DNA of 64,000 bases, taken from positions 78,250-142,249 of the forward strand of contig JAKLDJ010000003.1 of assembly GCA_022703585.1 (NCBI GenBank), in the 5' to 3' direction. Made by a program: the position numbers and the translations under genes. Of the stretch, positions 36,281-45,877 are shown in pieces. Each line of letters begins with the position of its first letter. The stretch's first letter is position 1. Below the pieces are notes generated by a model. That model searched no databases and was not told where the DNA came from. It was given only the letters and a program-made list of their open reading frames with translations. Origin of the DNA: Candidatus Omnitrophota bacterium. GTDB lineage: Bacteria; Omnitrophota; Gorgyraeia; Zapsychrales; JAKLDJ01.

Positions 36281-37407
36281 CACCATCCCGGAAATTTGTG
36301 ATTTTTATTTTCGTCGTAGGTATTTTTGCCGCAGGGTTATGCCAGGGCTTTACCATTGCCTTAAAAAAGCCGCTTTGGAATGATGAAATTTTCAGCCAGG
36401 TGTCGAGCGTGGAAGGCAAAAGCTGGCCGGTGATTTGGACAGGCCGTATCGGCGAAGGTAATAATTCACCGCTTTTTTATTCTATCCAGAAGGCCATTTG
36501 TAAGGCCTTTAATTACCGGTCGGAGGATCTATGGCATAAGGACGATATTCGCGCCCGTTTTATCTTAAGAATCGCTCCGGTTTTTTGTATGTCTCTGGGA
36601 ATGGCATTGATCGCCTGGTTTCTTTGTGTTTATTATTCTTTGCTGGGCGGTTTGATCGGGTTTATTGTTTCGATTTCGTCTTACATGGTCTGGTATTATT
36701 GGGCGGAAGCCAGGCCGTATGCGCTGATATTCCTGGCTGCGACTGTCCAGGCGCTTGCTTTGTTTTATTATTGCCGTTTTGAGAAGAAGTTAAGTTTCTG
36801 GGGTATGATGGCAGCCAATTTGTTTGTCGCTTTTGCTTTTTCGCTGAGCGTTATTCAGATTGTAGCTTCGGGAGTCATGTTGTGGGTTAAGGGATATCGC
36901 CGGATATGGCCTTTGTTGTTGAGCGTCGGACTACCGCTGGGGGTAGCGTTTGGTTATCATATAGCGGCACCTCATTATTCGTTCTTCTTTGGGCCGTACG
37001 GGAAACCGTATCAGCTTATTTTTGCAAATATTCCGTCCGGACGATTAGCGGCGTTCTTTATTTTTCCGGCTTTGGTTTTAGGGTGGGACTGGTACATAAA
37101 AAAAGAGCGGAAGATTGCTCTTTGGCCTTTCTTCGCCTGGGCATGGTTGACATTTTTTGGGTATATTGCCTTTATCGGATATCTAAAATATTTAACATTA
37201 TTTCAGGAGTCACCGCAATTCGAGGTATCCAATCGTTACTTTATGGCCTTGACGCCGTTAGGCATCATCGCCGTTTCTGTTGGGATTCTTGAGCTGGTTA
37301 AGCGTCCGCGGGCACTATGGGCGAGGGCCATGGTGTGGGCTGTTGCCCTGGCGATCATTCTTCCTCGCCTAGCGAAGGCATTCCATTGGATGATGAACGG
37401 CCTGTAG
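36277..37407 (+). CDS. GT-C/PMT_2-like membrane glycosyltransferase, putative
   Basis: 376 aa with at least 9 TM helices. The first loop LWNDEIFS resembles the ArnT/PMT DE motif. ATGA overlap with the upstream gene; RBS AGGAAGG. Confidence 0.5.
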   Translation: MTPSRKFVIFIFVVGIFAAGLCQGFTIALKKPLWNDEIFSQVSSVEGKSWPVIWTGRIGEGNNSPLFYSIQKAICKAFNYRSEDLWHKDDIRARFILRIAPVFCMSLGMALIAWFLCVYYSLLGGLIGFIVSISSYMVWYYWAEARPYALIFLAATVQALALFYYCRFEKKLSFWGMMAANLFVAFAFSLSVIQIVASGVMLWVKGYRRIWPLLLSVGLPLGVAFGYHIAAPHYSFFFGPYGKPYQLIFANIPSGRLAAFFIFPALVLGWDWYIKKERKIALWPFFAWAWLTFFGYIAFIGYLKYLTLFQESPQFEVSNRYFMALTPLGIIAVSVGILELVKRPRALWARAMVWAVALAIILPRLAKAFHWMMNGL

Positions 37408-37490
37408 GGCATTTTTAAGGAGTTCACGTTGATGAATAAAGGCATAAAGAATAATTCCGGGCAAAATAAATTTCTTGGCTGGATTAACGG

Positions 37491-39170
37491 TTGGGATGCT
37501 TATTTTATTGCCGTTACCTTATTGTATCTGCTATGGAGGGCAAGAGTATTTTTCGAACGATGCGTTTACCCTTAAGCCATCTGCCGACGGTCCTTTTAAT
37601 TGTCGGGTATCCAATCTACTGGCTGGAGCTTTATGCCTTTCGGGCCGGCCGAGGGAATACCACTCCTTTAGCCTGGATCATCTTTTGTATTTTTGCGCTC
37701 ATTGTTCTTTATCGAAATTATACTCGCCTAGTAGCCGGTGCGCGTGATTTTTGTGTACGGTTTTCTCAAGAGCCCTTATCGCTCAGGCTGCTACTTGTTG
37801 TCGCGGGGATCGGGGCCGGGGTAATTTCTTTGTGCGCGTTTTACGCCGCATTGTTACCGCCGCATTTGGTGCAAGAATCCGATCTTTTGAATTATCATCT
37901 GACTCTGCCCCGGCAACATCTCATCATGCATTCTTTTAAGCATATTCCCTGGTCGACGGCAGATTTATATCTTCTGCCGATTGATTTTTCCCTGGCGCCG
38001 TACTGGTTGGCAACGAACTTACCGAATAAATTCCCTCAGTTCTTGTTCTTTGCCGGCATTATCCCGGTTTCTTTTAATCTGGTTAGGCGTTTCAGCGGGA
38101 ATAATTTCTTGAGCCTATGCCTGATAGTTCTGGCTGTTTTTGGGTCTCACAGCGTCGGCATACAAGCCGGAACGGCCATGCTGGATTTGGCTTTGTGTTA
38201 TCTGTTTCTGGCGGCATTGGATAGCTTTCTCGGTGGTGCGATTCTAATAAGTGCTCTGGAGTTTGTATTCTTATTCTGGTCAAAATCTTTTATCCCATTG
38301 CAACTGGGATTGACCTTTATGGCGCTGTTTTGCCTAATGTTCGTACTAAAAAAATGGTTTATGTATAAAGTGGACTGGAATCTTGGCAGGGAAATAGAGG
38401 CGGGTACGCTCAATAAAAAGAAGCTTCAACAATTCGCAGTGTTGTTTTTGATATGCAGTATCTTTATCGCCGGGCCGTTCATCGCAAAATCCATGTATTA
38501 TGCAGGGACTCCGCTTTTTCCTTTTAAGGTGGGGATTCTAAATCCGGGAAATGGCTTAGACAGAAATTCCCCTCAGTGGCAATCATTGTTGGAAAAGTCA
38601 AAACAATGCGTTACCACTCGCGACGATTATGGGGCCGGGCGGTCGTTGAAGGAATTTATCGGCCATTTTTGGCTTATCGCCGTTCCCGAAGAGGGCGTCA
38701 ATAACCGCTATGACTATCCGGTGGGGCTCATGTACTTGCTTTTTGTCGGGCCTTTTCTTTATGTGTTTATCAGTTCTCTGCGGAAGAAAAAAATCGGCCT
38801 GCTGCCTTTTTTTGTAGTTGTTTACTGGCTGGTATGGTGGGTGGGTTCACAGCAGACCAGGTTTTTGTTTATCCCTATTTTGCTGATGTTCATCTCAGTT
38901 ATCGCGACAAATAAATTTCAATCCCGCATTCTCATCATAGCGATGCTTATAGCTCTATTTTTGACGGGATTGTCGGTTTTTAGGGCGCATCGCGCTGATT
39001 TTGGCTGTGCGTCTTGGGAGGTTCTACGCCCGAAAGATAGAGAACTTATTGCGATGTCGAAAACAGTTAACCGGAATCAGCCGGTTAAATTAAATTATCC
39101 CGACGTTGCTTTTGCGGACTTTGAAGTAGACGTGCAGGATACGAATTCAGTCTTTGTTTTGCAACATTAA
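37491..39170 (+). CDS. hypothetical polytopic membrane protein (start uncertain)
   Basis: 559 aa with at least 12 hydrophobic helices. TTG at 37491, or ATG at 37533/37560; none has a convincing RBS. Confidence 0.5.
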   Translation: MGCLFYCRYLIVSAMEGKSIFRTMRLPLSHLPTVLLIVGYPIYWLELYAFRAGRGNTTPLAWIIFCIFALIVLYRNYTRLVAGARDFCVRFSQEPLSLRLLLVVAGIGAGVISLCAFYAALLPPHLVQESDLLNYHLTLPRQHLIMHSFKHIPWSTADLYLLPIDFSLAPYWLATNLPNKFPQFLFFAGIIPVSFNLVRRFSGNNFLSLCLIVLAVFGSHSVGIQAGTAMLDLALCYLFLAALDSFLGGAILISALEFVFLFWSKSFIPLQLGLTFMALFCLMFVLKKWFMYKVDWNLGREIEAGTLNKKKLQQFAVLFLICSIFIAGPFIAKSMYYAGTPLFPFKVGILNPGNGLDRNSPQWQSLLEKSKQCVTTRDDYGAGRSLKEFIGHFWLIAVPEEGVNNRYDYPVGLMYLLFVGPFLYVFISSLRKKKIGLLPFFVVVYWLVWWVGSQQTRFLFIPILLMFISVIATNKFQSRILIIAMLIALFLTGLSVFRAHRADFGCASWEVLRPKDRELIAMSKTVNRNQPVKLNYPDVAFADFEVDVQDTNSVFVLQH

Positions 39171-39183
39171 AGGAAATTAAACT

Positions 39184-40875
39184 ATGTTTACCGAAGTAAG
39201 ATGCCATTTGTGCGGCAGCGACTCATACGATGTGGTTTACAATAACCTCAGGGCGCAAGGGGATTTTGACCAAAAAGATTTTTATAAGATAACGGATCAT
39301 GCGGCGGAAGCTTCTCTTAGGATCGTATGCTGCCGCCGATGCGGGTTTACTTTTCTTAACCCCCTGCCGGATCAAACGACTATTGTGGATAATTATGTAT
39401 CAATGGTCGACGATAAATATCTGCAGGAAGAAAAAGGGCGCCGGGCGTCGGCCCGGTCCGTCTTAAACTATCTTAATAGTATTAAAAAAGATAAAGGGGT
39501 TCTTCTGGATATCGGCTGTGCCGCCGGATTTCTCTTGGATGAGGCGCGTAAAGACGGGTGGGAGGTTTATGGCGTGGAACTTTCTCGCTGGGCTGTCGGG
39601 TATGCCCGGAAGACACTGTGTCTTGGAAATATAGTCCAGGGTACGCTCAAGGATGCCAATTTCTCCCGGAATTTCTTTGATGCGGTGGTAATGACGGACG
39701 TGATTGAGCATCTTATCCAGCCAAAAACGATGCTTGAAGAAATACGCCCCTTACTAAAACCCAACGGCGTGATGTGTTGTGCGACACCCGATGTCGATAG
39801 TTTGGTCAGCCGTCTGTTGGGGGCAAAGTGGTGGGGGATCAAATGTTCCCATCTTCACTATTTTAACAAATTCACTCTCGATGAACTCTTTAGGGCAACT
39901 GGTTTTACGGTCGCCAAGATACGATCGCACGCCAGGACGTTTTCTCTGGGATATTGGGTAGAAAACTTTGCAAGCTACAAACCGTCATTGCGTTTTATTG
40001 ACAGTTTTCTTAAAAAATATCCGAAACTAGCGGCGTTCTCTGTTTCGCTTGATCTCGGCGACCAGATAGAGGTCTTCGCGCGCAAGAGCCGGCAGATAAA
40101 ATACCTTCACGAGCTGGAGGCGGGGCTTGAAGAAGAAAGGCCGAAAGGAAGAAAGAAAATCATTGCTATTTTTCCAGCGTACAATGCGGCTAAAACCCTG
40201 GAGAGGACATTTAAGGATATCCCTAAGGATTGTTTTGATGAGATAATCTTGATTGACGATGCCAGCAAAGATGATACGGTCGAGATTGCCCGCCGGTTGA
40301 ATCTTAAAGTTTTTGTTCACGAAGAAAGGAAAGGTTACGGTGCCACCCAGAAAACAGGCTACAACAAAGCCCTGGAAATGGGTGCTGATATTGTCGTTAT
40401 GGTCCACCCGAATTATCAGTATGACCCTAAGGTTATTCCGGCCTTGATCGAGCCGATCTTAAAAGGCAGGGCGGAAGCGGTATTCGGTTCCCGCATGATG
40501 AAAGGCGGCGCCCTGGAAGGCGGAATGCCGCTATGGAAATACAATGCCAGTATCCTATTAACCGCTTTGCAAAATATCGTTTTGGGAATTTATTTGACGG
40601 AGTATCACACCGGCTTTCGGGCCTATAGCCGCAAGTATTTAACCGGCGTAAATTTTGAGGCCAATTCCAACGGCCTTATTTTTGATACCGAGATCATTGT
40701 CCAGGGGGCTTTGAAGTTTATGAAATTTGAAGAGGTTCCTATCCGGACAAGATATTTTGATGAGGCTCCATCCATAGGGCTTTGGCCACTGATTGTCTAT
40801 GGCATCAATATCCTCAAGACCCTCTTAAAATTCATGCTGCACAAGCGAATCTGGGATTTTAAACAATTTGAATAA
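39184..40875 (+). CDS. bifunctional Zn-ribbon class I methyltransferase / GT2 (DPM1-like) fusion
   Basis: N-terminus CHLCGS...CRRCGF plus motif I LLDIGCAAGF. The C-terminal half KIIAIFPAYNAAKTLE...ILIDDASKDDT...HTGFRAYSR is GT2. It is a paralog of 53272..54042. Confidence 0.8.
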   Translation: MFTEVRCHLCGSDSYDVVYNNLRAQGDFDQKDFYKITDHAAEASLRIVCCRRCGFTFLNPLPDQTTIVDNYVSMVDDKYLQEEKGRRASARSVLNYLNSIKKDKGVLLDIGCAAGFLLDEARKDGWEVYGVELSRWAVGYARKTLCLGNIVQGTLKDANFSRNFFDAVVMTDVIEHLIQPKTMLEEIRPLLKPNGVMCCATPDVDSLVSRLLGAKWWGIKCSHLHYFNKFTLDELFRATGFTVAKIRSHARTFSLGYWVENFASYKPSLRFIDSFLKKYPKLAAFSVSLDLGDQIEVFARKSRQIKYLHELEAGLEEERPKGRKKIIAIFPAYNAAKTLERTFKDIPKDCFDEIILIDDASKDDTVEIARRLNLKVFVHEERKGYGATQKTGYNKALEMGADIVVMVHPNYQYDPKVIPALIEPILKGRAEAVFGSRMMKGGALEGGMPLWKYNASILLTALQNIVLGIYLTEYHTGFRAYSRKYLTGVNFEANSNGLIFDTEIIVQGALKFMKFEEVPIRTRYFDEAPSIGLWPLIVYGINILKTLLKFMLHKRIWDFKQFE

Positions 40876-40893
40876 CATGTCCGATAGAGGGGA

Positions 40894-41964
40894 TTATCGG
40901 GTAGGCGCCGACGAGGATTTTCTGTCGGCGTTGTAGGATCTCTTTAAGTCTTCAATGTGTTGTTCAACATTCTTCGCAGTAACGTAATATCCGAAATCGT
41001 CAGGTATCCGTATGTTTCTCAGCCCGAATATCCGTGCGATCACCATATCTGCGACCATTGAACGGAAATGGGATGTTTCGTAATAATAGTAATTATTGGT
41101 TGTTATGGAATTTAGCCCGCTGAAATCCCAGTAACCGGAAACCCGGCTCAATTCTCTTTTAAATTTATTTAGTTGGTCGATATCGTTGTCAAAATATGTT
41201 GTTTTGTGCAAGGGGTTAATAAAGAATTTAAAACCAATATTATATTTCTCGCAAATCTCCTTGATTTCAGCCATGATTTTTACGGTTTCCTTGATCCTGT
41301 CTCCGCCGTAGTGCGTGGTTTCCAGAAAAGTGCTGCTCTTTATGTGGCCCGGGATATCTTTCTCGATTCTTTTATCGACATGCGGGCGCAGAAATTCTCC
41401 GGTGTCATACAAATCATAGAGAGTAGATTCTCCGTCTTTATTCTTTTTAAGGACGGACTTTAAAATTTTAAAATCGGGTTGTGCAAAAACGTAGGATAGG
41501 TAGAAATTGAAATCTTCCAATAGGTTTCCGGGGGGAGGCCTTCGGTACAATGTTTTGCTGCCGTGTCCCTTGGGGTCTATTTTGAAGCTAAAATCATCCA
41601 AGGCAATTAAAACATTCTTTATAACAAATCCTTCTTTGATCATCCAGCGGATATCTTCCAGCTCTTCCGGAGGAATGCTCTCGCTGTAGTACATATTGTA
41701 ATAAACACCGCCGGGGATTTTCTTGACATCAATATTGCTGATGCGCGAAGACCCGAAAATATAAGAATCATACTTATTTTTGTTTTTCTTAAGATAGTTT
41801 CTTTTTAAGAAATGGATGTTAGGTTCGATATTATTATAGCGGGGGTCTTTCCCTAAGACACAATATGGATCTAACGTATAATTGTAAATCGCGAGGGATC
41901 CCAGCGGGAATACGGCAATAAGGAAGATCTTTAGAAATAGTTTTTTAAGGGAATGATTAAGCAT
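40894..41964 (-). CDS. DltD/AlgJ-like periplasmic O-acyltransferase partner protein, putative
   Basis: N-terminal signal-anchor (LKIFLIAVFPLGSLAIY), FGSSR block I-like motif, and a position immediately downstream of an MBOAT gene with abutting stop/start. Confidence 0.45.
   Translation of the reverse strand: MLNHSLKKLFLKIFLIAVFPLGSLAIYNYTLDPYCVLGKDPRYNNIEPNIHFLKRNYLKKNKNKYDSYIFGSSRISNIDVKKIPGGVYYNMYYSESIPPEELEDIRWMIKEGFVIKNVLIALDDFSFKIDPKGHGSKTLYRRPPPGNLLEDFNFYLSYVFAQPDFKILKSVLKKNKDGESTLYDLYDTGEFLRPHVDKRIEKDIPGHIKSSTFLETTHYGGDRIKETVKIMAEIKEICEKYNIGFKFFINPLHKTTYFDNDIDQLNKFKRELSRVSGYWDFSGLNSITTNNYYYYETSHFRSMVADMVIARIFGLRNIRIPDDFGYYVTAKNVEQHIEDLKRSYNADRKSSSAPTR
40906..40930. terminator. perfect 7-bp inverted repeat between convergent operons, possible bidirectional terminator
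   Basis: CGCCGAC-gaggattttct-GTCGGCG, with TTGTAGG after it on the + strand. It overlaps the last codons of the minus-strand gene. Confidence 0.25.
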
Positions 41965-43458
41965 TTAAAATTGAAAATAAATGAATTGTTTCTCGCCGAA
42001 TTGTCCGAGCAAAATAATCGCGTAAATTAAACAATAATAAACCGCCCATCGTGCCCAAACCGGTTTCTTGCAAAGCATGTGCCGGATGTTGTTATGCCTT
42101 TGTAGTAAATGAATGAACTCCATGAAGCAGATCAGGGAGACCGCGATGAAAAAGTCGGGTTTATCCTGCCCGATGTAAAGCGCGCCCAAAATGCTTTTAC
42201 CTTGGTTGAGCGACGAGAGATTGGTAACGGCGTTGAGGATAAAACTTCCTACGCCGCTAAAAAGATGCGTCAGGATATATAAGGCGTCGTGGATGTTTCT
42301 TGCCCTAAAGAATATCCATCCGACGCATACAAGCGAGAATGTGATGGCGACACGGATATATTTATGAATGACAGGATACTTCTCCAAGCCGATTTTGTGA
42401 ACAATATTCTTTCTCAAATCATAAGTCCAGATGGAAAAAATCATATAGAATCCGTTGAGGGCTCCCCAGGCAATATAGGTCCAGTTAGCCCCGTGCCACA
42501 ATCCGCTGATGAGGAAGGTCACGAATAAATTATAATACCAGCGCGGTTTAGAGACGCGGTTGCCTCCCAAAGAAATATAGACATAATCCCTGAACCATGT
42601 CGAAAGCGAGATGTGCCATCTTTTCCAGAACTCGGATATTGATTTAGCGAAGTAGGGCCGGTTGAAGTTATCCATCAATTTAAAGCCCATTACCTGTGCC
42701 GACCCGATAGCGATATCGGAGTAGCCGGAAAAATCACAGTAAATCTGGAAGGCAAAGAAGACCGTTGCGACAATGAGCGATACGCCCGAATAGTCGTGCG
42801 GATTATTGTACACGGGATCCACAAAAGCCACCAGCCGGTCGGCAATAACGATCTTCTTAAACATCCCCCAAGCCATTAATTTCAGCCCGTCGGTAACTCT
42901 TTGGTAATCAAATGAGTGTTTTTCGTAGAATTGGTGGAGCAGGTGCTGGGGCCTTTCGATGGGGCCGGCGACCAGCTGAGGGTAAAACATGACATAAAGA
43001 GCATAAATCCCGAAATTCTTTTCGACCTTTTGGTTCCCTCGATAGACTTCGATGACGTAGCTTAAACTTTGGAATGTATGGAACGACAACCCTATAGGAA
43101 GGAGCAATGTTAGCGCGCTGACAGGATAATTCCAGTGAAGGAATTGAGCCGCATGTCCAAGATTCGCGTTAAAAAAATTAAAATATTTAAATATAAATAA
43201 AACCAGGCATGTTGACAAGATGCTTATCATGAGAAAAAACTTCTTTCTCTTGCCTTGTGATTTTGCTATCCAAATACCGGCAGAATAATCAATGATAATG
43301 AGCGCTGCTAATACGAGGATATAAATCGGGATAAAGGCCATATAAAAAATACAGCTGGCGGCAAGCAGCATAAACCAGCGGAATTTATGGGGAAGCAGGA
43401 AATACAGGATCGTAACGACGGGAAAAAAAATGAAGAATTGGAGAGAATTAAATACCAT
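41965..43458 (-). CDS. MBOAT family membrane O-acyltransferase (AlgI/DltB-like)
   Basis: N-terminus FNSLQFFIFFPVVTILYF is typical of AlgI. The conserved His region is WHISLSTWFRDYVY. About 10 TM helices. Confidence 0.85.
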   Translation of the reverse strand: MVFNSLQFFIFFPVVTILYFLLPHKFRWFMLLAASCIFYMAFIPIYILVLAALIIIDYSAGIWIAKSQGKRKKFFLMISILSTCLVLFIFKYFNFFNANLGHAAQFLHWNYPVSALTLLLPIGLSFHTFQSLSYVIEVYRGNQKVEKNFGIYALYVMFYPQLVAGPIERPQHLLHQFYEKHSFDYQRVTDGLKLMAWGMFKKIVIADRLVAFVDPVYNNPHDYSGVSLIVATVFFAFQIYCDFSGYSDIAIGSAQVMGFKLMDNFNRPYFAKSISEFWKRWHISLSTWFRDYVYISLGGNRVSKPRWYYNLFVTFLISGLWHGANWTYIAWGALNGFYMIFSIWTYDLRKNIVHKIGLEKYPVIHKYIRVAITFSLVCVGWIFFRARNIHDALYILTHLFSGVGSFILNAVTNLSSLNQGKSILGALYIGQDKPDFFIAVSLICFMEFIHLLQRHNNIRHMLCKKPVWARWAVYYCLIYAIILLGQFGEKQFIYFQF

Positions 43459-43511
43459 TATTATTTTAGCCGATTGAGTTTTGCCTGCATATGAGATACA
43501 GCGCTGAAATG

Positions 43512-45590
43512 TTATTTAATAACTTCTGAGGAGCCTCCGTAGGGAGGTGGATTAAAAGGAGCATACGGAGGGTGGGACTTGATTTTTGATAAGGCTCGAT
43601 CAAGCCTACCCTGTGCGTCTTGTAAGTCTTTTTTGGCTGCTATTTTTTCTAAACACGTTTCGGATAGCATCAGGATATCTTTTTGTTCTTCAGAAATAGG
43701 GTGGGCGCATTGATTCAGGACATTGTAGACAGCGCCTCCGGCTAAAGGATAATCTCGTTCGGTGGCATAACGGTTGAAAATATACCGAAAGTTTTTGTCT
43801 AACAGAGCCCGGGCGAATAGGCCTTCATTAAAATAGGTAACGCTGGGAAAAGCCGCTGAACCTGAAAAACCGATATGCTGGCCTTTTACGGGGTAAAAAG
43901 TATAAGGCCAGTTGAAAGGCAGAAAGAGCGCCAGTTGTTTCGGGTCAAGGTTTGCTTTTTTATAAGCAGCGTAACTTTCCGGAACTTTTGGATAGCGTTC
44001 GGCAATGATTTGCGATTCGGATTTCTGAAAAGTTAAGAATTTGACCACGTCTTCTGCATAAGGACGGGAGCTGCCCATGACATCAAACGAATAGCGGATG
44101 CAGTAAATACAAATAAGAAGGATAAGGCTTATGCTGAGCGGTTTTTCCCACTTCTTAAGGATCTTTGATCTTTCCAGAAAAAGATGAAAAATGAAGGCCA
44201 AGAAAAATGCGCAGGCGAGAGAGTAGACACCGATTCCAAAACGGTAATAACGCATTTCAAAAACCATGTACATTGCCTGCAAGATAATTACGATAATCGA
44301 CATTATAAAGAAGGATAATCCGTAAAAGAAAAACCGATGCTTTTTTCCCAGAAAAAGCATGGCCAGAAGGCTTGTTCCTAAAGCCAGGGGAAGCAATATT
44401 TTTGAGGGCAATATCCCCGGCCAGACCATAAACGCCGTTACATTCTTAAGCGCATCAGACAGATTTAGGTGGTAATGGTATTGTGTTCCGATTGTCATGA
44501 CGGCGTTGTCGTAGAACGGTGAGCGCAAAGGTCCGAGGGAAGCCGGGAAAAGGGGGGTTCCGGTCGTTATCCAGCTATATATATAGGAAATTGAGGCAAA
44601 GAAAACTGCTGCGGCCAACGACAGGATGGTGGCGGGTTGTTTCTTAAATGATAGCTTCCGGGCAGCATAGAGTTCTTTGTTGGCGAAAAATGATAGAGCC
44701 GTGATTATCAGAAAACATCCAAGATATGCCACACCCAGGTATTTGCAGGCCATTGCATTGAAGACAGAAATAGCGGCAAGGAAGAAATATTCTTTTTTTC
44801 TTGCCGTCAAAAAAACAAAAAACCCGAAGAGAGAAAGAAAAATTGAAAAGGCCAGTATTATATTGATGTGGACAGAGACATTTGCGCCTGATGCGACAAT
44901 GTGTTCTTCTGAAACTACGAACGCTGCGGCCGCCAGAGAAAAAACACCGGCACCCAAAGACCTCGCTGCACCGTAGACACAAAATAGCAGCATGACTTTG
45001 CTGAGGCCCTGAATGATCTGGGGGAAGACCGTCGAATGAGGATGCCATGCAAACCCCAGGGCATAGAGGAGATTTTCTCCCGGAGGAACCAGGAAGCGTA
45101 CGTCGGCAAAACGAGAAAAGAATTTTCCGCCATGATCAAGAAACTGTTGAATCATCGGAAAGTAAAAAGACAAGGCATCGCAGTCAAAGGTAGGATACAG
45201 GTTCCAGAAAAAAAGAAAACCAGCCATAGCCCCTAAAACGATAAATTCCCATCGGGGAGTTGATATTTTCTTCGCGAATTCTTTGGAGAAGTTCTTGCGA
45301 AAGAAAATCCAGTAATAACCTAATAAGGTTAGCGTGCTGCCGGTGATTGTGACCCCTAAAGGGTTAAACAAATGAATTACGGAGAGAGTCGATAGAATCC
45401 CTTCATAACAAAAATAGCCTAGGAACCAAGAGATGCCAAAGGCCAGGAAGGAATTCTCCGAGAAATTATTATCGGAATCTTGGCCGGATATTGAATTTGA
45501 TTCTTGCCGAAGGATTGTCCATAGGAAGTGACCAATGCCGAAGACTCCAATAGCGGTTAAAAAGGCATACAGCATATCAGCGACGAACAT
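43512..45590 (-). CDS. hypothetical 692-aa polytopic membrane protein
   Basis: About 14 TM helices plus a hydrophilic C-terminal domain of roughly 200 aa. RBS GGAGAAAAG upstream on the minus strand. Confidence 0.55.
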   Translation of the reverse strand: MFVADMLYAFLTAIGVFGIGHFLWTILRQESNSISGQDSDNNFSENSFLAFGISWFLGYFCYEGILSTLSVIHLFNPLGVTITGSTLTLLGYYWIFFRKNFSKEFAKKISTPRWEFIVLGAMAGFLFFWNLYPTFDCDALSFYFPMIQQFLDHGGKFFSRFADVRFLVPPGENLLYALGFAWHPHSTVFPQIIQGLSKVMLLFCVYGAARSLGAGVFSLAAAAFVVSEEHIVASGANVSVHINIILAFSIFLSLFGFFVFLTARKKEYFFLAAISVFNAMACKYLGVAYLGCFLIITALSFFANKELYAARKLSFKKQPATILSLAAAVFFASISYIYSWITTGTPLFPASLGPLRSPFYDNAVMTIGTQYHYHLNLSDALKNVTAFMVWPGILPSKILLPLALGTSLLAMLFLGKKHRFFFYGLSFFIMSIIVIILQAMYMVFEMRYYRFGIGVYSLACAFFLAFIFHLFLERSKILKKWEKPLSISLILLICIYCIRYSFDVMGSSRPYAEDVVKFLTFQKSESQIIAERYPKVPESYAAYKKANLDPKQLALFLPFNWPYTFYPVKGQHIGFSGSAAFPSVTYFNEGLFARALLDKNFRYIFNRYATERDYPLAGGAVYNVLNQCAHPISEEQKDILMLSETCLEKIAAKKDLQDAQGRLDRALSKIKSHPPYAPFNPPPYGGSSEVIK

Positions 45591-45877
45591 AACTTTTCTC
45601 CGATTTTTTCATATTCTATACCCGATGCTCTTTAGATAAAAGTTATTTTTAAGATTTATCGGCTAGTTTTTCTTCTTTCTGGAGAACAAAAAATAAAAAG
45701 AATAGTATTCCTAAGTTAAAATAGAGTATAATTTTAAAATAGATTCTTAAAAATGTCGAGATTTTAACAGAGTTGATGACCAGCCAGGATGCTTAAACAG
45801 CCGCAGAGTCGTTTGGCAAAACAACTTCGGGACGTTTATTATCTTAGGGCAATCTTGTTGTTTGCAGTGAAATATAT

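Noticed and set aside
37475-37747. 90-aa + strand ORF and ORF 37751..37939 overlapping the 5' part of the 559-aa membrane protein gene
   Set aside because: They are alternative frames of the same region. The long hydrophobic ORF is the coherent gene.
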